Source: Candidatus Omnitrophota bacterium | GTDB lineage: Bacteria > Omnitrophota > Gorgyraeia > B26-G9 | DNA length: 64,000 bases | NCBI GenBank assembly: GCA_043826565.1 | Contig: JBDRPX010000035.1 | Coordinates: forward strand, 31,299 to 95,298 | Direction of reading: 5' to 3' | Shown: in pieces, positions 35,181-45,393 of the stretch | Numbering within the stretch: the first letter of the stretch is position 1 | Layout of the letters: the number at the start of each line of letters is the position of its first letter | The notes under the pieces: generated by a model | Seen by the model: the letters and a program-made list of their open reading frames with translations, nothing else | Database searches by the model: none | What the model was told of the DNA's origin: nothing | Made by a program: the position numbers and the translations under genes

Positions 35181-36395
35181 TTATCCGATAAGTTCTGTAA
35201 TTTTGAAAATCGGCAGAAACATCGCCACAACAATACCGCCGACAACAATACCCAAAAAAGCAATAATCAGCGGCTCAATCAAGCTGGTAAGGCCGCTTAC
35301 CGCCGCATCAACCTGATCTTCATAAAAATCAGCGATCTTACTTAACATTTTTTCCAGCTCTCCGGATTCCTCCCCAACTGAAATCATTCGGGTCACCATC
35401 GGAGGAAAAGCACGGCTCTTCGCCAAAGGCGTGGAAATACTTTCTCCTTCAAGAATACCAGCACGAGCTTTATCCACAGCGCCTTCAATTACGCTATTTC
35501 CGGCAGTCTTGCCGACAATTTCCAAAGCACCCAAAATAGGCACACCGCTGCGTATTAATGTTGCTAGCGTTCGGGAAAAACGCGCTACCGCCACTTTTCT
35601 TAACAATGGACCGAACACCGGCATATTAAGTTTAAGCTGGTCTATCTTTACCCGGCCTACGGGTGTCTTAATAAATTTGGCAATAACAAAAACAAAACCC
35701 GCCAGACCAATAACAACATATATAAAATAATATCTAAGAGTATCGGAAACATTAATCAGCAGCTGCGTAGGAGCAGGCAATGCGCCGCCTAAAGATTCAA
35801 ATATCTCCTTAAAAGTCGGAATAACTTTCAGCAGTAATACCAGGGTAATACCAATAGCCATACAGGAAACTACACTCGGATAGACCATTGCCGATTTTAC
35901 TTTACGCACGAGTTGAGTATTTTTTTCCAGGTACCCGGCAAGCCTGTCGAGAATTTCATCAAGCATACCGCTGGTTTCTCCGGCTTTGACCATATTCGTA
36001 TATAATAGGGTAAAAACCCGGGGATGTTTCTCCAATGCCGCGGATAGACTTGATCCGGATTCTACATCCTGCCTTACCTTAGTTATAACCGCACGTAAAA
36101 CTGGGCTTTCCATCTGTTCACTAAGAATGTCCAGACTTTGCACTAAAGGAATACCCGCGTTTACCATCGTGGCCAGCTGTCGGGAAAAAATTACCAGCTC
36201 CTCGGATTTGACTGATTTTTTTCCCATGGATTTTGCCTCGGCTGCTGCTTTCCCCGATTTTTCCTCTGTAACAGAAATGATAATCAGATTTTTAACACGC
36301 AGCATGTCCAAGGCTATAGATTTATCTTTAGCCTCAATCACATCCGTAACTGTATTACCTTCCTCATCTTTAGCGGTATACTTAAAAAATGGCAT
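35181..36395 (-). CDS. pilC: Type IV pilus inner-membrane platform protein PilC (GspF family)
   Basis: Two GspF repeats and three TM segments; 404 aa. Confidence 0.9.
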   Translation of the reverse strand: MPFFKYTAKDEEGNTVTDVIEAKDKSIALDMLRVKNLIIISVTEEKSGKAAAEAKSMGKKSVKSEELVIFSRQLATMVNAGIPLVQSLDILSEQMESPVLRAVITKVRQDVESGSSLSAALEKHPRVFTLLYTNMVKAGETSGMLDEILDRLAGYLEKNTQLVRKVKSAMVYPSVVSCMAIGITLVLLLKVIPTFKEIFESLGGALPAPTQLLINVSDTLRYYFIYVVIGLAGFVFVIAKFIKTPVGRVKIDQLKLNMPVFGPLLRKVAVARFSRTLATLIRSGVPILGALEIVGKTAGNSVIEGAVDKARAGILEGESISTPLAKSRAFPPMVTRMISVGEESGELEKMLSKIADFYEDQVDAAVSGLTSLIEPLIIAFLGIVVGGIVVAMFLPIFKITELIG

Positions 36396-36455
36396 ATTCT
36401 CCCCCTTTTAATTAGCTCATTGTTTATAGCTAATGGCTCATAGCATCTTTCCCAT

Positions 36456-36567
36456 CAACCATCAACTATCAACTATCAATTATCAACTATCAATTATCAA
36501 CTATCAACTATCAACTATCAACTATCAACTATCAATTATCAATTATCAATTATCAATTATCAATTAT
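36456..36567. repeat. Perfectly phased 7-bp tandem repeat, CAAYTAT x16 (minus strand: ATARTTG), in the pilB-pilC spacer
   Basis: Read directly: caaccat caactat caactat caattat ... caattat, 112 bp. Confidence 0.85.
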
Positions 36568-36607
36568 CTTATTATATATTAAATCCACAATATATAGAAT
36601 AACTTTT

Positions 36608-38332
36608 TTATTCTGAAGAGGTCACCCGTAAAACTTCTTCTAATGTAGTTTTCCCTTCCAAAAAATTATGTATCCCGGCCCCACGTAAAGTAACCATGCC
36701 CACTTCTTTTTTAGCATAGCGTTTAATCTCATCGCTGGAACATCGTTTCATGATCATCTCCCGGATATCATCATTAAGTAATAAAATTTCAATCATCGCA
36801 AAACGCCCGCGATATCCTCCGGTGCATTTATTGCATCCTTTCCCTTTATACACAGTTAATTCTTCGGATTTTTTATCAATCTCCATCCGATCCAGCACTG
36901 ACTGAGGTACCTTATACGCCTCTTTACAATGAGAACAAACTTTACGGGCAAGCCTTTGCGCAACTACAGCCACAACACTCGAAGCAATTAAAAACGGTTC
37001 AATACCCATATCAATAAGTCTGGTTACCGCTCCCGGCGCGTCATTAGTATGGAGAGTACTTAAAAGCATTGCTCCGGTTAATGCCGCTTTAATCGCGATA
37101 TCACCTGTTTCAAAGTCTCTGATTTCTCCCACCATTAGAACATCCGGATTCTGCCTTAAAATCGATCTTAGCCCGGAGGAAAAAGTAAGTCCGATATCCG
37201 GTTTAACCTGTACCTGGGTAATTCCTTCAACCTGATATTCAACCGGATCTTCGACGGTAATAATATTTTTTTCCGGAGTATTAAGTTTATTTAAAACAGA
37301 ATACAAAGTCGTTGATTTCCCGCTTCCGGTAGGCCCGGTAACCAGGATCATGCCATACGGCCGGGTAATCGCGTAGTTAAAATCTTCCAGTGCTTTTGGC
37401 AGGAATCCTAAGGCTTCCAATCCAATGCTTAAATTGGATTTATCCAAAGCCCGCATAACAACTTTTTCCCCAAAACTGATCGGCAGGACAGAAACACGAA
37501 AATCAACTTCTTTTTGCGCGAATCTGACTTTAAACCTGCCGTCCTGAGGAATATGCCGCTGCGTAATATCCAGATTTGACATTATTTTTAAGCGTGCGGC
37601 AATAGCGTTCTGTATTTTTTTCGGCAAAATCGCGGCTTCGTGCAATGCTCCGTCAATTCTATATCTAACTCTAATATTATGTTCATACGGTTCAATATGT
37701 ATATCCGAAGCTTCTTTGATCAGGGATTCGGCGATTAAAGCATCGATCATCTTAACAATCGGAGCTTCTTCACTGGAACGGATTACATCACCGATATCAA
37801 CCTGGTCGTGCTGCTGAACCACTTCGATATCGTCTTCAGTCATATTCTTAACTAAATCATCAATTGACTGATTAAGCTTTTTCTGCGCCTCCACCCCTCC
37901 CGGATGATATAATCTATCTATGGTCGAAGTAACCGCACTCACGGTACAGACAGCCGGAGCCACATCATAGCCGGTAAGCGCTTTTATATCATCTATGGCT
38001 AATACATTTGATGGGTCACTCATGGCAATGCTCAGCATACTTCCAATCCTGGAGATAGCTAAGAGCTGGTAATGACGGGCTACATGTTCCGGGATTATCT
38101 TAACCGCTTTTTCCGCAGCATTAAACTTAGTAAGGTCAATTAGCGGCACATGCAGATATTTACAAAAACAAATCGCGATATTTTCTTCGGTTGTGAATTT
38201 ATTTTCTACTAATATAGTCGCTAACTGTCCGCCTTTCTTTTGCTGAATATTCAAGGCTTCATTGAGTGTTTTTTCGTCAATAAGATTGTGCTCTATTAGT
38301 AGTTCATTAAGTCTTTTTTTTACTCTACGCAT
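36608..38332 (-). CDS. pilB: Type IV pilus assembly ATPase PilB/GspE with an N-terminal MshEN (GspE-N) domain and tetracysteine motif
   Basis: N-terminal RLNELLIEHNLIDEKTLNEALNIQ (MshEN), Walker A GPTGSGKSTT, and CSHC...CNKC zinc site; 574 aa. Confidence 0.9.
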   Translation of the reverse strand: MRRVKKRLNELLIEHNLIDEKTLNEALNIQQKKGGQLATILVENKFTTEENIAICFCKYLHVPLIDLTKFNAAEKAVKIIPEHVARHYQLLAISRIGSMLSIAMSDPSNVLAIDDIKALTGYDVAPAVCTVSAVTSTIDRLYHPGGVEAQKKLNQSIDDLVKNMTEDDIEVVQQHDQVDIGDVIRSSEEAPIVKMIDALIAESLIKEASDIHIEPYEHNIRVRYRIDGALHEAAILPKKIQNAIAARLKIMSNLDITQRHIPQDGRFKVRFAQKEVDFRVSVLPISFGEKVVMRALDKSNLSIGLEALGFLPKALEDFNYAITRPYGMILVTGPTGSGKSTTLYSVLNKLNTPEKNIITVEDPVEYQVEGITQVQVKPDIGLTFSSGLRSILRQNPDVLMVGEIRDFETGDIAIKAALTGAMLLSTLHTNDAPGAVTRLIDMGIEPFLIASSVVAVVAQRLARKVCSHCKEAYKVPQSVLDRMEIDKKSEELTVYKGKGCNKCTGGYRGRFAMIEILLLNDDIREMIMKRCSSDEIKRYAKKEVGMVTLRGAGIHNFLEGKTTLEEVLRVTSSE

Positions 38333-38343
38333 TCATTATTCCT

Positions 38344-40059
38344 TTAATCATCCGCAGTTAAACGGGTGATCTCTTCTAAACTTGTAAGCCCTTTCAGTGC
38401 TTTAATAACACCGTTTTCCCGTAAAGTGGTCATTCCTTCCTCTCGCGCTTTTTTCTTGATGATCCCTTCCTGGGCTTTTTGCATAACCAAGTCCCGGATA
38501 TCCGGAGTAAAAATCAAAACCTCACATAAACCGAGTCTTCCCCGATAACCGGTATTACTACATTTAGCACATCCTTTAGGTTTGAATAACTCTTTAGCAT
38601 CCTCGTTAATAAAAAATCTTTTTCTTATCTCCGGGGTTATCTCATATGCTTCTTTACAATTATCACAAAGTTTTCGGATCAATCTCTGGGCACATACCAA
38701 TAAGCACGAGGAAGTGATCAGAAACGGTTCAATACCCATATTTACCATTCTGGTTACCGCTCCGGAAGCTTCCGTCGTATGTAATGTGCTTAAAACTAAA
38801 TGCCCGGTAAGAGCAGCTTTAATCGCGATATCCAGAGTTTCTGTATCACGAATTTCACCGACCATAATGATATCCGGGTCCTGACGTAAAAATGATCGTA
38901 AAGCACCGCTAAAAGTAAGCCCGATCTCCGGGTTAACACTAACCTGATTAATTCCCGGCAATTGGTATTCAACCGGATCCTCTGCGGTAACCAGATTTAG
39001 TTCCGGATTATCCACATATTTTAAAACCGAATACAAAGTAGTCGATTTTCCGCTTCCGGTCGGCCCGACAACAAGGATCATTCCATGCGGTTCCTGCGCA
39101 AGGGTCTTAACTCTTTGTATTGTTTCAACCTCAAAACCTAAAGCGTCCAAATCAAGAATTACCGTAGTCTTATCTAATATACGCAAAGCAATTTTCTCTC
39201 CGTGGGTGCACGGCATAATCGAAACACGAAAATCAATTTCCCGGTCACCGATTTTAATTTTAAAACGGCCGTCTTGCGGTAAACGATGTTCCGCTATATT
39301 TAAAGTGGACATGACTTTAATCCGGGAAATAATCGCGTCCTGCATATGTACCGGCGGTGCCGGAAATTCCTGTAGAATTCCATCGAGGCGATAACGTATC
39401 CGCAGGCGTTTTTCCTGCGGTTCAATTAAAACATCGCTCGCTTTGTGTTTAATCGCTTCCGCAAGAAGCATATTCGTAACTTTTACAACCGGAGTATCTT
39501 CAACTTGAGCAAGAAGTTGTTTTTCACTAAGCTGCCTATCTTCAGAAGCACCTTCATCCTGAAATATTTGGATATCCATGTCCTTTACATCATCAATAAT
39601 TGCTCTCATCTGATCATCCGATGACCCGCTATAATGTTTTTCAATTGCTTCCTTAAGCTCCTTTTCAGCCGCAATAACAACTTTCAGCTGATAATTGGTA
39701 AGCACTTTAAGTTCATCAATAGCCAGGACATTAAGCGGGTCGACCATGGCGACTGTTAAAACTTTTCCAATTTTAGAAATCGCAATCGCCAGATATTTTT
39801 CCGCCAGCTGCCGGGGAATGATCTGAACCACATCCTGATTTATTTTGAACTTAGCAAGGTTGATCGGGGGGATATTCAAACTTTGACTTAATACAATTAC
39901 CAAGTCACGCTGACTAATATAACCCATTGTCGTCAGGACTTCACTTAAACGCCGTCCCGTTTCTTTTTGCAAAGCAATAGCTTCCTCAAGCTGCTCCTTT
40001 GTTAAGAAATTAGAGCGGGTTAAAACCTCCAGCATTTTGTCTTTAATACCTTGAACCAT
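38344..40059 (-). CDS. Second PilB/GspE-family ATPase paralog with an N-terminal MshEN domain
   Basis: KMLEVLTRSNFLTKEQLEEAIALQ, GPTGSGKSTT, and CDNC...CAKC; 571 aa. Confidence 0.88.
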   Translation of the reverse strand: MVQGIKDKMLEVLTRSNFLTKEQLEEAIALQKETGRRLSEVLTTMGYISQRDLVIVLSQSLNIPPINLAKFKINQDVVQIIPRQLAEKYLAIAISKIGKVLTVAMVDPLNVLAIDELKVLTNYQLKVVIAAEKELKEAIEKHYSGSSDDQMRAIIDDVKDMDIQIFQDEGASEDRQLSEKQLLAQVEDTPVVKVTNMLLAEAIKHKASDVLIEPQEKRLRIRYRLDGILQEFPAPPVHMQDAIISRIKVMSTLNIAEHRLPQDGRFKIKIGDREIDFRVSIMPCTHGEKIALRILDKTTVILDLDALGFEVETIQRVKTLAQEPHGMILVVGPTGSGKSTTLYSVLKYVDNPELNLVTAEDPVEYQLPGINQVSVNPEIGLTFSGALRSFLRQDPDIIMVGEIRDTETLDIAIKAALTGHLVLSTLHTTEASGAVTRMVNMGIEPFLITSSCLLVCAQRLIRKLCDNCKEAYEITPEIRKRFFINEDAKELFKPKGCAKCSNTGYRGRLGLCEVLIFTPDIRDLVMQKAQEGIIKKKAREEGMTTLRENGVIKALKGLTSLEEITRLTADD

Positions 40060-40077
40060 TAGAAGACCTCAATAAGG

Positions 40078-40698
40078 CTATTTCGGCTCATAATACTGGG
40101 CGATAGCATTATTAATATCCGAAAAGGTAGAAATAAACGTCTCAACATCAAGTCCGGTAATCTGTTTTATTTCTTCTTTCGCAGCAGAGTTAAGAGGATC
40201 AGCCATGGCAACAGTAAGAATGTTGCCAATTTTATCGATCGGGATAAGATTGTATTTCTGAGCAATATCTTTTGAAATAATTTTTACTAATTCGGTTTCA
40301 ATTTCATAATTTTCCAACTGTAAATAAGGAAATCCGTATTGAGTCACCATAGTACTCACAAGGTCTTCTTCCGAAAGGTAACCCATTTCGATAATTAGTT
40401 GAAATAAAGATCCTCCCTTTTTAGTTTGCATCTCCAACGCTTTATCTAACTGCTCCTGGGTAATAATGCCGATATCCAACAGAATGTTTTCCAGTTTCTG
40501 CGCTGTATGCGTCTGCTCATAAATACTTTCCTCTATCTGCTCCGAAGTAACATACTTAAGTTTGACTAAAATCTGACCGACTAAACCACCTTCCTGAAGC
40601 TGAACTTCCAGAGCTTTTTCCAATTGCTCCTGGGTGATCAGATTCTTCTCGATCAAAAGTTGTCCGATTTGTTTCTTTTTATTTTTTTTCAATTCCAA
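40078..40698 (-). CDS. Stand-alone protein made of two MshEN (GspE N-terminal, c-di-GMP-binding type) domains with no ATPase domain
   Basis: Two copies of the MshEN consensus: QIGQLLIEKNLITQEQLEKALEVQ and KLENILLDIGIITQEQLDKALEMQ; 206 aa. Confidence 0.65.
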   Translation of the reverse strand: MELKKNKKKQIGQLLIEKNLITQEQLEKALEVQLQEGGLVGQILVKLKYVTSEQIEESIYEQTHTAQKLENILLDIGIITQEQLDKALEMQTKKGGSLFQLIIEMGYLSEEDLVSTMVTQYGFPYLQLENYEIETELVKIISKDIAQKYNLIPIDKIGNILTVAMADPLNSAAKEEIKQITGLDVETFISTFSDINNAIAQYYEPK

Positions 40699-40702
40699 CC
40701 AC

Positions 40703-41767
40703 CTATCGTTTAAACAAACGAATTAAATCATCCGGATCCGTAGAACGGGATATCGCGTCCTCATAAGCAATTAATTTACGTGTATATAACTCATAAAGGG
40801 CCTGATTCATAGTCTGCATCCCTTCTTTTTGTCCGGTTTGAATCAGTGAATAAATCTGATGAACTTTTTGTTCTCTGATCATACTTTTTACAGCCGGAGT
40901 AGCCACCATAACCTCAGCACCAAGTACCCGTCCGAATCCACCAACTTTAGGAACCAACTGCTGAGAAAGAATTCCCACCATTACAAAGGAAAGCTGAGTT
41001 CTAACCTGCTGCTGCTGATGCGAAGGAAAAACGTCAATAATTCGGTTTACTGTTTGCACCGCGTCAGAAGTGTGTAATGTGGCAAACACTAAGTGCCCTG
41101 TTTCCGCAATTGTTAATGCCGCCTCAATTGTTTCTAAGTCGCGCATTTCGCCGACCAGAATAACATCCGGGTCTTGTCTAAGAATATGTTTAAGAGCTAA
41201 ACCAAATGATTTTGTATCCTGCCCTATCTCCCGCTGATCCACAACCGACATCTTATTTGCATGTACAAATTCTATCGGGTCCTCTACCGTTATAATATGA
41301 CAAGCCCTATCTTCATTTACTTTATCCACAATAGATGCCAAGGTAGTTGATTTACCACTACCCGTAGCTCCGGTAACCAAAACCAGCCCTTTGGGTTTTC
41401 GGGAAAGTTCTGTAACAACCTTCACCGGTAACCCGCATTCGGTAAAGCTTAAAATCTTAAACGGAATAGCCCGGATAGCCGTTCCGACAAAACTGCGTTG
41501 AAAAAACACATTCATACGAAAACGGCTTAAACCTTCAATTTCAAAAGACCGGTCAAGTTCCCTGTTTGTCTCAAACTTCGCAATTTCTTCCGGGCTGAGC
41601 ACCGCATAAATAATGTCTTTGACCTCTCCCGGAGAAAGTGACGGCATATCCAGTGGAACCATTTTTTCATCAATACGCATATGCGGAGGCGTATGCGCGC
41701 CTAAATGCAGATCCGAGGCATTGCGCTCAATTAGAATCCTCAATAATTGGGATAAATCAGCACCCAT
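40703..41767 (-). CDS. pilT: Twitching-motility retraction ATPase PilT
   Basis: Walker A GATGSGKSTT, and C-terminal GMQTMNQALYELY (PilT signature); 354 aa. Confidence 0.9.
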   Translation of the reverse strand: MGADLSQLLRILIERNASDLHLGAHTPPHMRIDEKMVPLDMPSLSPGEVKDIIYAVLSPEEIAKFETNRELDRSFEIEGLSRFRMNVFFQRSFVGTAIRAIPFKILSFTECGLPVKVVTELSRKPKGLVLVTGATGSGKSTTLASIVDKVNEDRACHIITVEDPIEFVHANKMSVVDQREIGQDTKSFGLALKHILRQDPDVILVGEMRDLETIEAALTIAETGHLVFATLHTSDAVQTVNRIIDVFPSHQQQQVRTQLSFVMVGILSQQLVPKVGGFGRVLGAEVMVATPAVKSMIREQKVHQIYSLIQTGQKEGMQTMNQALYELYTRKLIAYEDAISRSTDPDDLIRLFKR

Positions 41768-42188
41768 GCTCGTCCTCTCTTCCTTCTGTTTTTTGTAATC
41801 CTTTATGTATTCTTAACGCGGTATGGATTAATCGCGCGGCTTCCTCGAACCCTTTTTCTTTGGCAAAGAAACCGGAAATTCCCAGTTTAGTCGCCTCCTT
41901 CATGCTTTCCATCGTTCCGAAAGCGCTAAAAATCACAACCGGTATTTTCTTGTCGATTTCCCGGACTTGTTTAAGTATCTCTATTCCGCTTAGCCCGGGG
42001 AGCTTTAAATCCAGAAAAATTATATTGTATTTATTAGCCCGGATCTGCTCAATAACTTTTTCTCCGCTATAAAGCACATCCGCATCAAATTCCCGGCTTT
42101 TTAGCCAGAATTGCATCATGTTAATAAAATCCATCTCATCATCAATTAACAATACTTTAATTTTTTCATCCATAACAAACCCCATCAT
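41757..42188 (-). CDS. Single-domain response-regulator receiver (CheY-like)
   Basis: VLLIDDE...FLDLKLPGLSGIE...FFAKE; REC domain only, 143 aa. Confidence 0.8.
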   Translation of the reverse strand: MMGFVMDEKIKVLLIDDEMDFINMMQFWLKSREFDADVLYSGEKVIEQIRANKYNIIFLDLKLPGLSGIEILKQVREIDKKIPVVIFSAFGTMESMKEATKLGISGFFAKEKGFEEAARLIHTALRIHKGLQKTEGREDEHGC

Positions 42189-42205
42189 TTAAAATTTTTA
42201 GTTCA

Positions 42206-43321
42206 TTACGTACTGCTGTGCTTAAAAAACCGTTTAAAATCATCGTGATCAGTAACATGCAAAGCCGCTTCCTGGTAACTAATTAACCCCTGTTTATATA
42301 ATTCAAAAAGTGACTGATTCATCGTCTTCATTCCATCTTTTTGTCCAGTCTGGATCAAAGAAAAAATTTGATGGATCTTTTCTTCTCTAATCATCGCCCG
42401 GATACCAAAATTAGAAATCATTATCTCTACCGCAAGAGCTCTTCCATTTTCATCAGAACGCGGTATCAACTGCTGAGAAACAGTTGCCAGCAGCACAAAT
42501 GATAATTGGGTACGTACCTGCGATTGCTGCGACGCGGGGAAAACATCGATAATTCTGTTAATTGTCTGTACACAATCAGATGTGTGCAGCGTAGCAAAAA
42601 CAAGATGTCCGGTTTCCGCAATATTTAATGCCGCCTGAATCGTCTCCACATCCCGCATTTCTCCGATAAGAATAACATCAGGGTCTTGCCTTAAAACATA
42701 TTTCAGCGCTCCGCTATAAGAATCGGTATCCGTACCGATTTCTCTTTGTGATACAAGACTTTTTTTGTTCAAATGCACAAATTCTACAGGATCCTCTACC
42801 GTAACAATATGGCAATGCCTCTCGGAGTTTATATGATCAATCATCGCGGAGAGTGTTGTTGTTTTTCCTACCCCGGTAGCCCCGGTAACCAGAACCAACC
42901 CCCTTTGACTTCTACAGATTTGTAAAAATTGCTCTTCCGGTAATCCTAAAGCTCTAAACCCGGAGATTTCCTTAGGAATAACGCGCAGGGAAGCACAAAC
43001 TGCCCGACGATGATAAAACACATTAACCCGAAATCTGCCGATATCACCAAGATCATACGATTTATCAAGCTCTTTTTTATCTTCAAACTGTTTTATTTCG
43101 TCAGTAGTTAATAATAAATAAATCATTGTTTTACAATCATCTTCAGTTAAGCTAGGATATTCGAGCTTCACTAATTTGGAATCAACTCTGATTTGCGGGG
43201 GGCTATCTACGTGGATATGCAGATCCGATGCTCTTCTCTCCACCATAATTTTAGCAAGTGTTTCTATCTTTAAAGTCATTTCAAGTCCTTTTTTTATACC
43301 GGCTAAATTGCTTTCAGGCAA
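42206..43321 (-). CDS. Second PilT/PilU-family retraction ATPase
   Basis: GATGVGKTTT, and GMKTMNQSLFELYKQGLISYQEA; 371 aa. Confidence 0.88.
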   Translation of the reverse strand: MPESNLAGIKKGLEMTLKIETLAKIMVERRASDLHIHVDSPPQIRVDSKLVKLEYPSLTEDDCKTMIYLLLTTDEIKQFEDKKELDKSYDLGDIGRFRVNVFYHRRAVCASLRVIPKEISGFRALGLPEEQFLQICRSQRGLVLVTGATGVGKTTTLSAMIDHINSERHCHIVTVEDPVEFVHLNKKSLVSQREIGTDTDSYSGALKYVLRQDPDVILIGEMRDVETIQAALNIAETGHLVFATLHTSDCVQTINRIIDVFPASQQSQVRTQLSFVLLATVSQQLIPRSDENGRALAVEIMISNFGIRAMIREEKIHQIFSLIQTGQKDGMKTMNQSLFELYKQGLISYQEAALHVTDHDDFKRFFKHSST

Positions 43322-43402
43322 TTTTATAACATTTATCTATTCTCAGATAGGTAAAGAGAGTTTAAAATAAATATAACAGATAACTAAAGCTATGTCAACT
43401 GG

Positions 43403-45121
43403 TTAAATGCCGGATTTTCGCAAGGCATCACGAAGAACCTCACTAGGAATTCCGCAATCTATATACTCCCAGGGTAAATCCTGGGAAATATCTCTCTTTT
43501 GGCAAACATATTGCCGAGGATCAATATCATGTTCTTTAAAAGCTTCCTGCCAGAGAGCAAAGTTAAATGATTCTGACCAGGCATCAAAACGGGCTCCTGA
43601 TGTATACGCTTTAAAAATCACCTTATGTAACTGACGGTCTCCCCGGGTTAAATATGCCTCGAGAAAACTCATTCTCACATCATGAAAACTAACTTTTAAA
43701 TTCTTAGCGGAAAGCCGAGACCTAAGATATTGTTGTTTAGCCGCCAGCTCCTCCGGAGTATTCATTCCCAACCATTGAAAGGGTGTATGTGCTTTGGGAA
43801 TAAAATTCGATATGCTTACATTTATCTGTCCGAGTCTTGAGTCAACAGATTTTCTCAAATAAGTGAATTCCTTCACCAGACTAACAATATTCTCCAAATC
43901 CTCATTGTCTTCGGTCGGCAGGCCGATCATAAAATATAATTTTAATTTTTTCCACCCTATTTTATGCGCGGCAAGAACAGCATCTTTTAATGACTGAATA
44001 TCAATATTTTTATTAATAAGTTTTCGTAAACGCTCACTGCCTGCCTCAGGAGCAAATGTTAACCCGGTTTTTTTTAAATCACCTATCATCGCCAGAATTT
44101 CCGAAAAATCCTTATCGATCCGCAAAGACGGCAGGGAAATCCCTAATCCTCTTTCCCGGCAAAATGAGTGCATTTGGGTGATCAGCTTTTTGAGATTTGG
44201 ATAATTCGCGCTGGAAAGCGCGCAAAAAGCAATTTTTTCAAAACCTGTGTTTCGATATGTTTTCTTGGCAAGCTCCAATACTTTATCCACACTGCGCATG
44301 CGCACAGGATTTATCGTAAATCCGGCCTGGCAAAAATAACATTGGTTTGGACATCCCCGCATTATTTCCAGGCTTATCCGGTCATGAATCACTTCAACAA
44401 ACGGCACCGGCGGCGCTGTAGGAACTTCCGTTTCTTCAAAATTTTCAACATATCGTCTGGTTATACGCTTGGGCGTTTCTGTAAACGTCGGGACATAAAC
44501 ACCTTCAATTTTCGCCAATTCACGCAGTAGTTTTTCTCTTTGACTTAAACTTTCTGCTTCAGGTAAATCCTCAAAAGATTTTTTAAACTCACGGCATTTA
44601 TTCACCAATTCAATAATTACTTCCTCTGCTTCTCCAATCACAAAAACATCAATAAACTCAGCCATAGGCTCAGGATTATAACAACAAGGACCGCCGGCTA
44701 TGACAATCGGCAATCCGGCTCTGTCCTTTGCATAGATGGGAATACCGCCAAGTTCAAGCATATTCAATACATTGGTAAATCCAAGCTCATACTGCAAAGA
44801 AAAACCCAGAACATCAAAATCTGAGAGCGGTCTTTGACTTTCCAGACTAAGTAAAGGAAGATTACGTTTGCGCATTAACTCTTCCATATCCAACCACGGA
44901 GCAAAACATCGCTGGCAGAACACTTCTTCCTGTTTATTTAAAATATGGTAAAGAACTTTAATCCCCAAATGACTCATTCCGACTTCATAAGCATCGGGGA
45001 AACATAAAACAATATTAAATGTATTGCTGTTTATTTTTTTAACGACACTATTAAACTCCCGGCCGATATATCTAGCCGGCTTTCTCACTTCCAGTAAATA
45101 GTCTTCTGTATTTTCTTCCAT
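43403..45121 (-). CDS. B12-binding-domain radical SAM protein (uncharacterised family)
   Basis: CPNQCYFCQAG (CxxxCxxC) radical-SAM cluster motif and an N-terminal cobalamin-binding-like domain; 572 aa. Confidence 0.75.
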   Translation of the reverse strand: MEENTEDYLLEVRKPARYIGREFNSVVKKINSNTFNIVLCFPDAYEVGMSHLGIKVLYHILNKQEEVFCQRCFAPWLDMEELMRKRNLPLLSLESQRPLSDFDVLGFSLQYELGFTNVLNMLELGGIPIYAKDRAGLPIVIAGGPCCYNPEPMAEFIDVFVIGEAEEVIIELVNKCREFKKSFEDLPEAESLSQREKLLRELAKIEGVYVPTFTETPKRITRRYVENFEETEVPTAPPVPFVEVIHDRISLEIMRGCPNQCYFCQAGFTINPVRMRSVDKVLELAKKTYRNTGFEKIAFCALSSANYPNLKKLITQMHSFCRERGLGISLPSLRIDKDFSEILAMIGDLKKTGLTFAPEAGSERLRKLINKNIDIQSLKDAVLAAHKIGWKKLKLYFMIGLPTEDNEDLENIVSLVKEFTYLRKSVDSRLGQINVSISNFIPKAHTPFQWLGMNTPEELAAKQQYLRSRLSAKNLKVSFHDVRMSFLEAYLTRGDRQLHKVIFKAYTSGARFDAWSESFNFALWQEAFKEHDIDPRQYVCQKRDISQDLPWEYIDCGIPSEVLRDALRKSGI

Positions 45122-45393
45122 TAACCACCTAATCTATTTTATAATATTTGAGTATTGAATATTGAGAATTGAGAGTTGGGAATTTCAATAACTAGTTACC
45201 AGTAACCAGGAAACATAAAGGTTCCGCAAAAGAAGTGAAGCGTAAAAAACACGCAAATTAATTTTTGTTTTTGGCTTATAGTCTATTGAGTACTTAATAT
45301 AAATATCGACAAATAGTTATTGTTAAATAATACATTTTCAATCTTTTTTCTACATCCTATTCTCAACTATCAATTTTCAATTGTCTAGAATCA

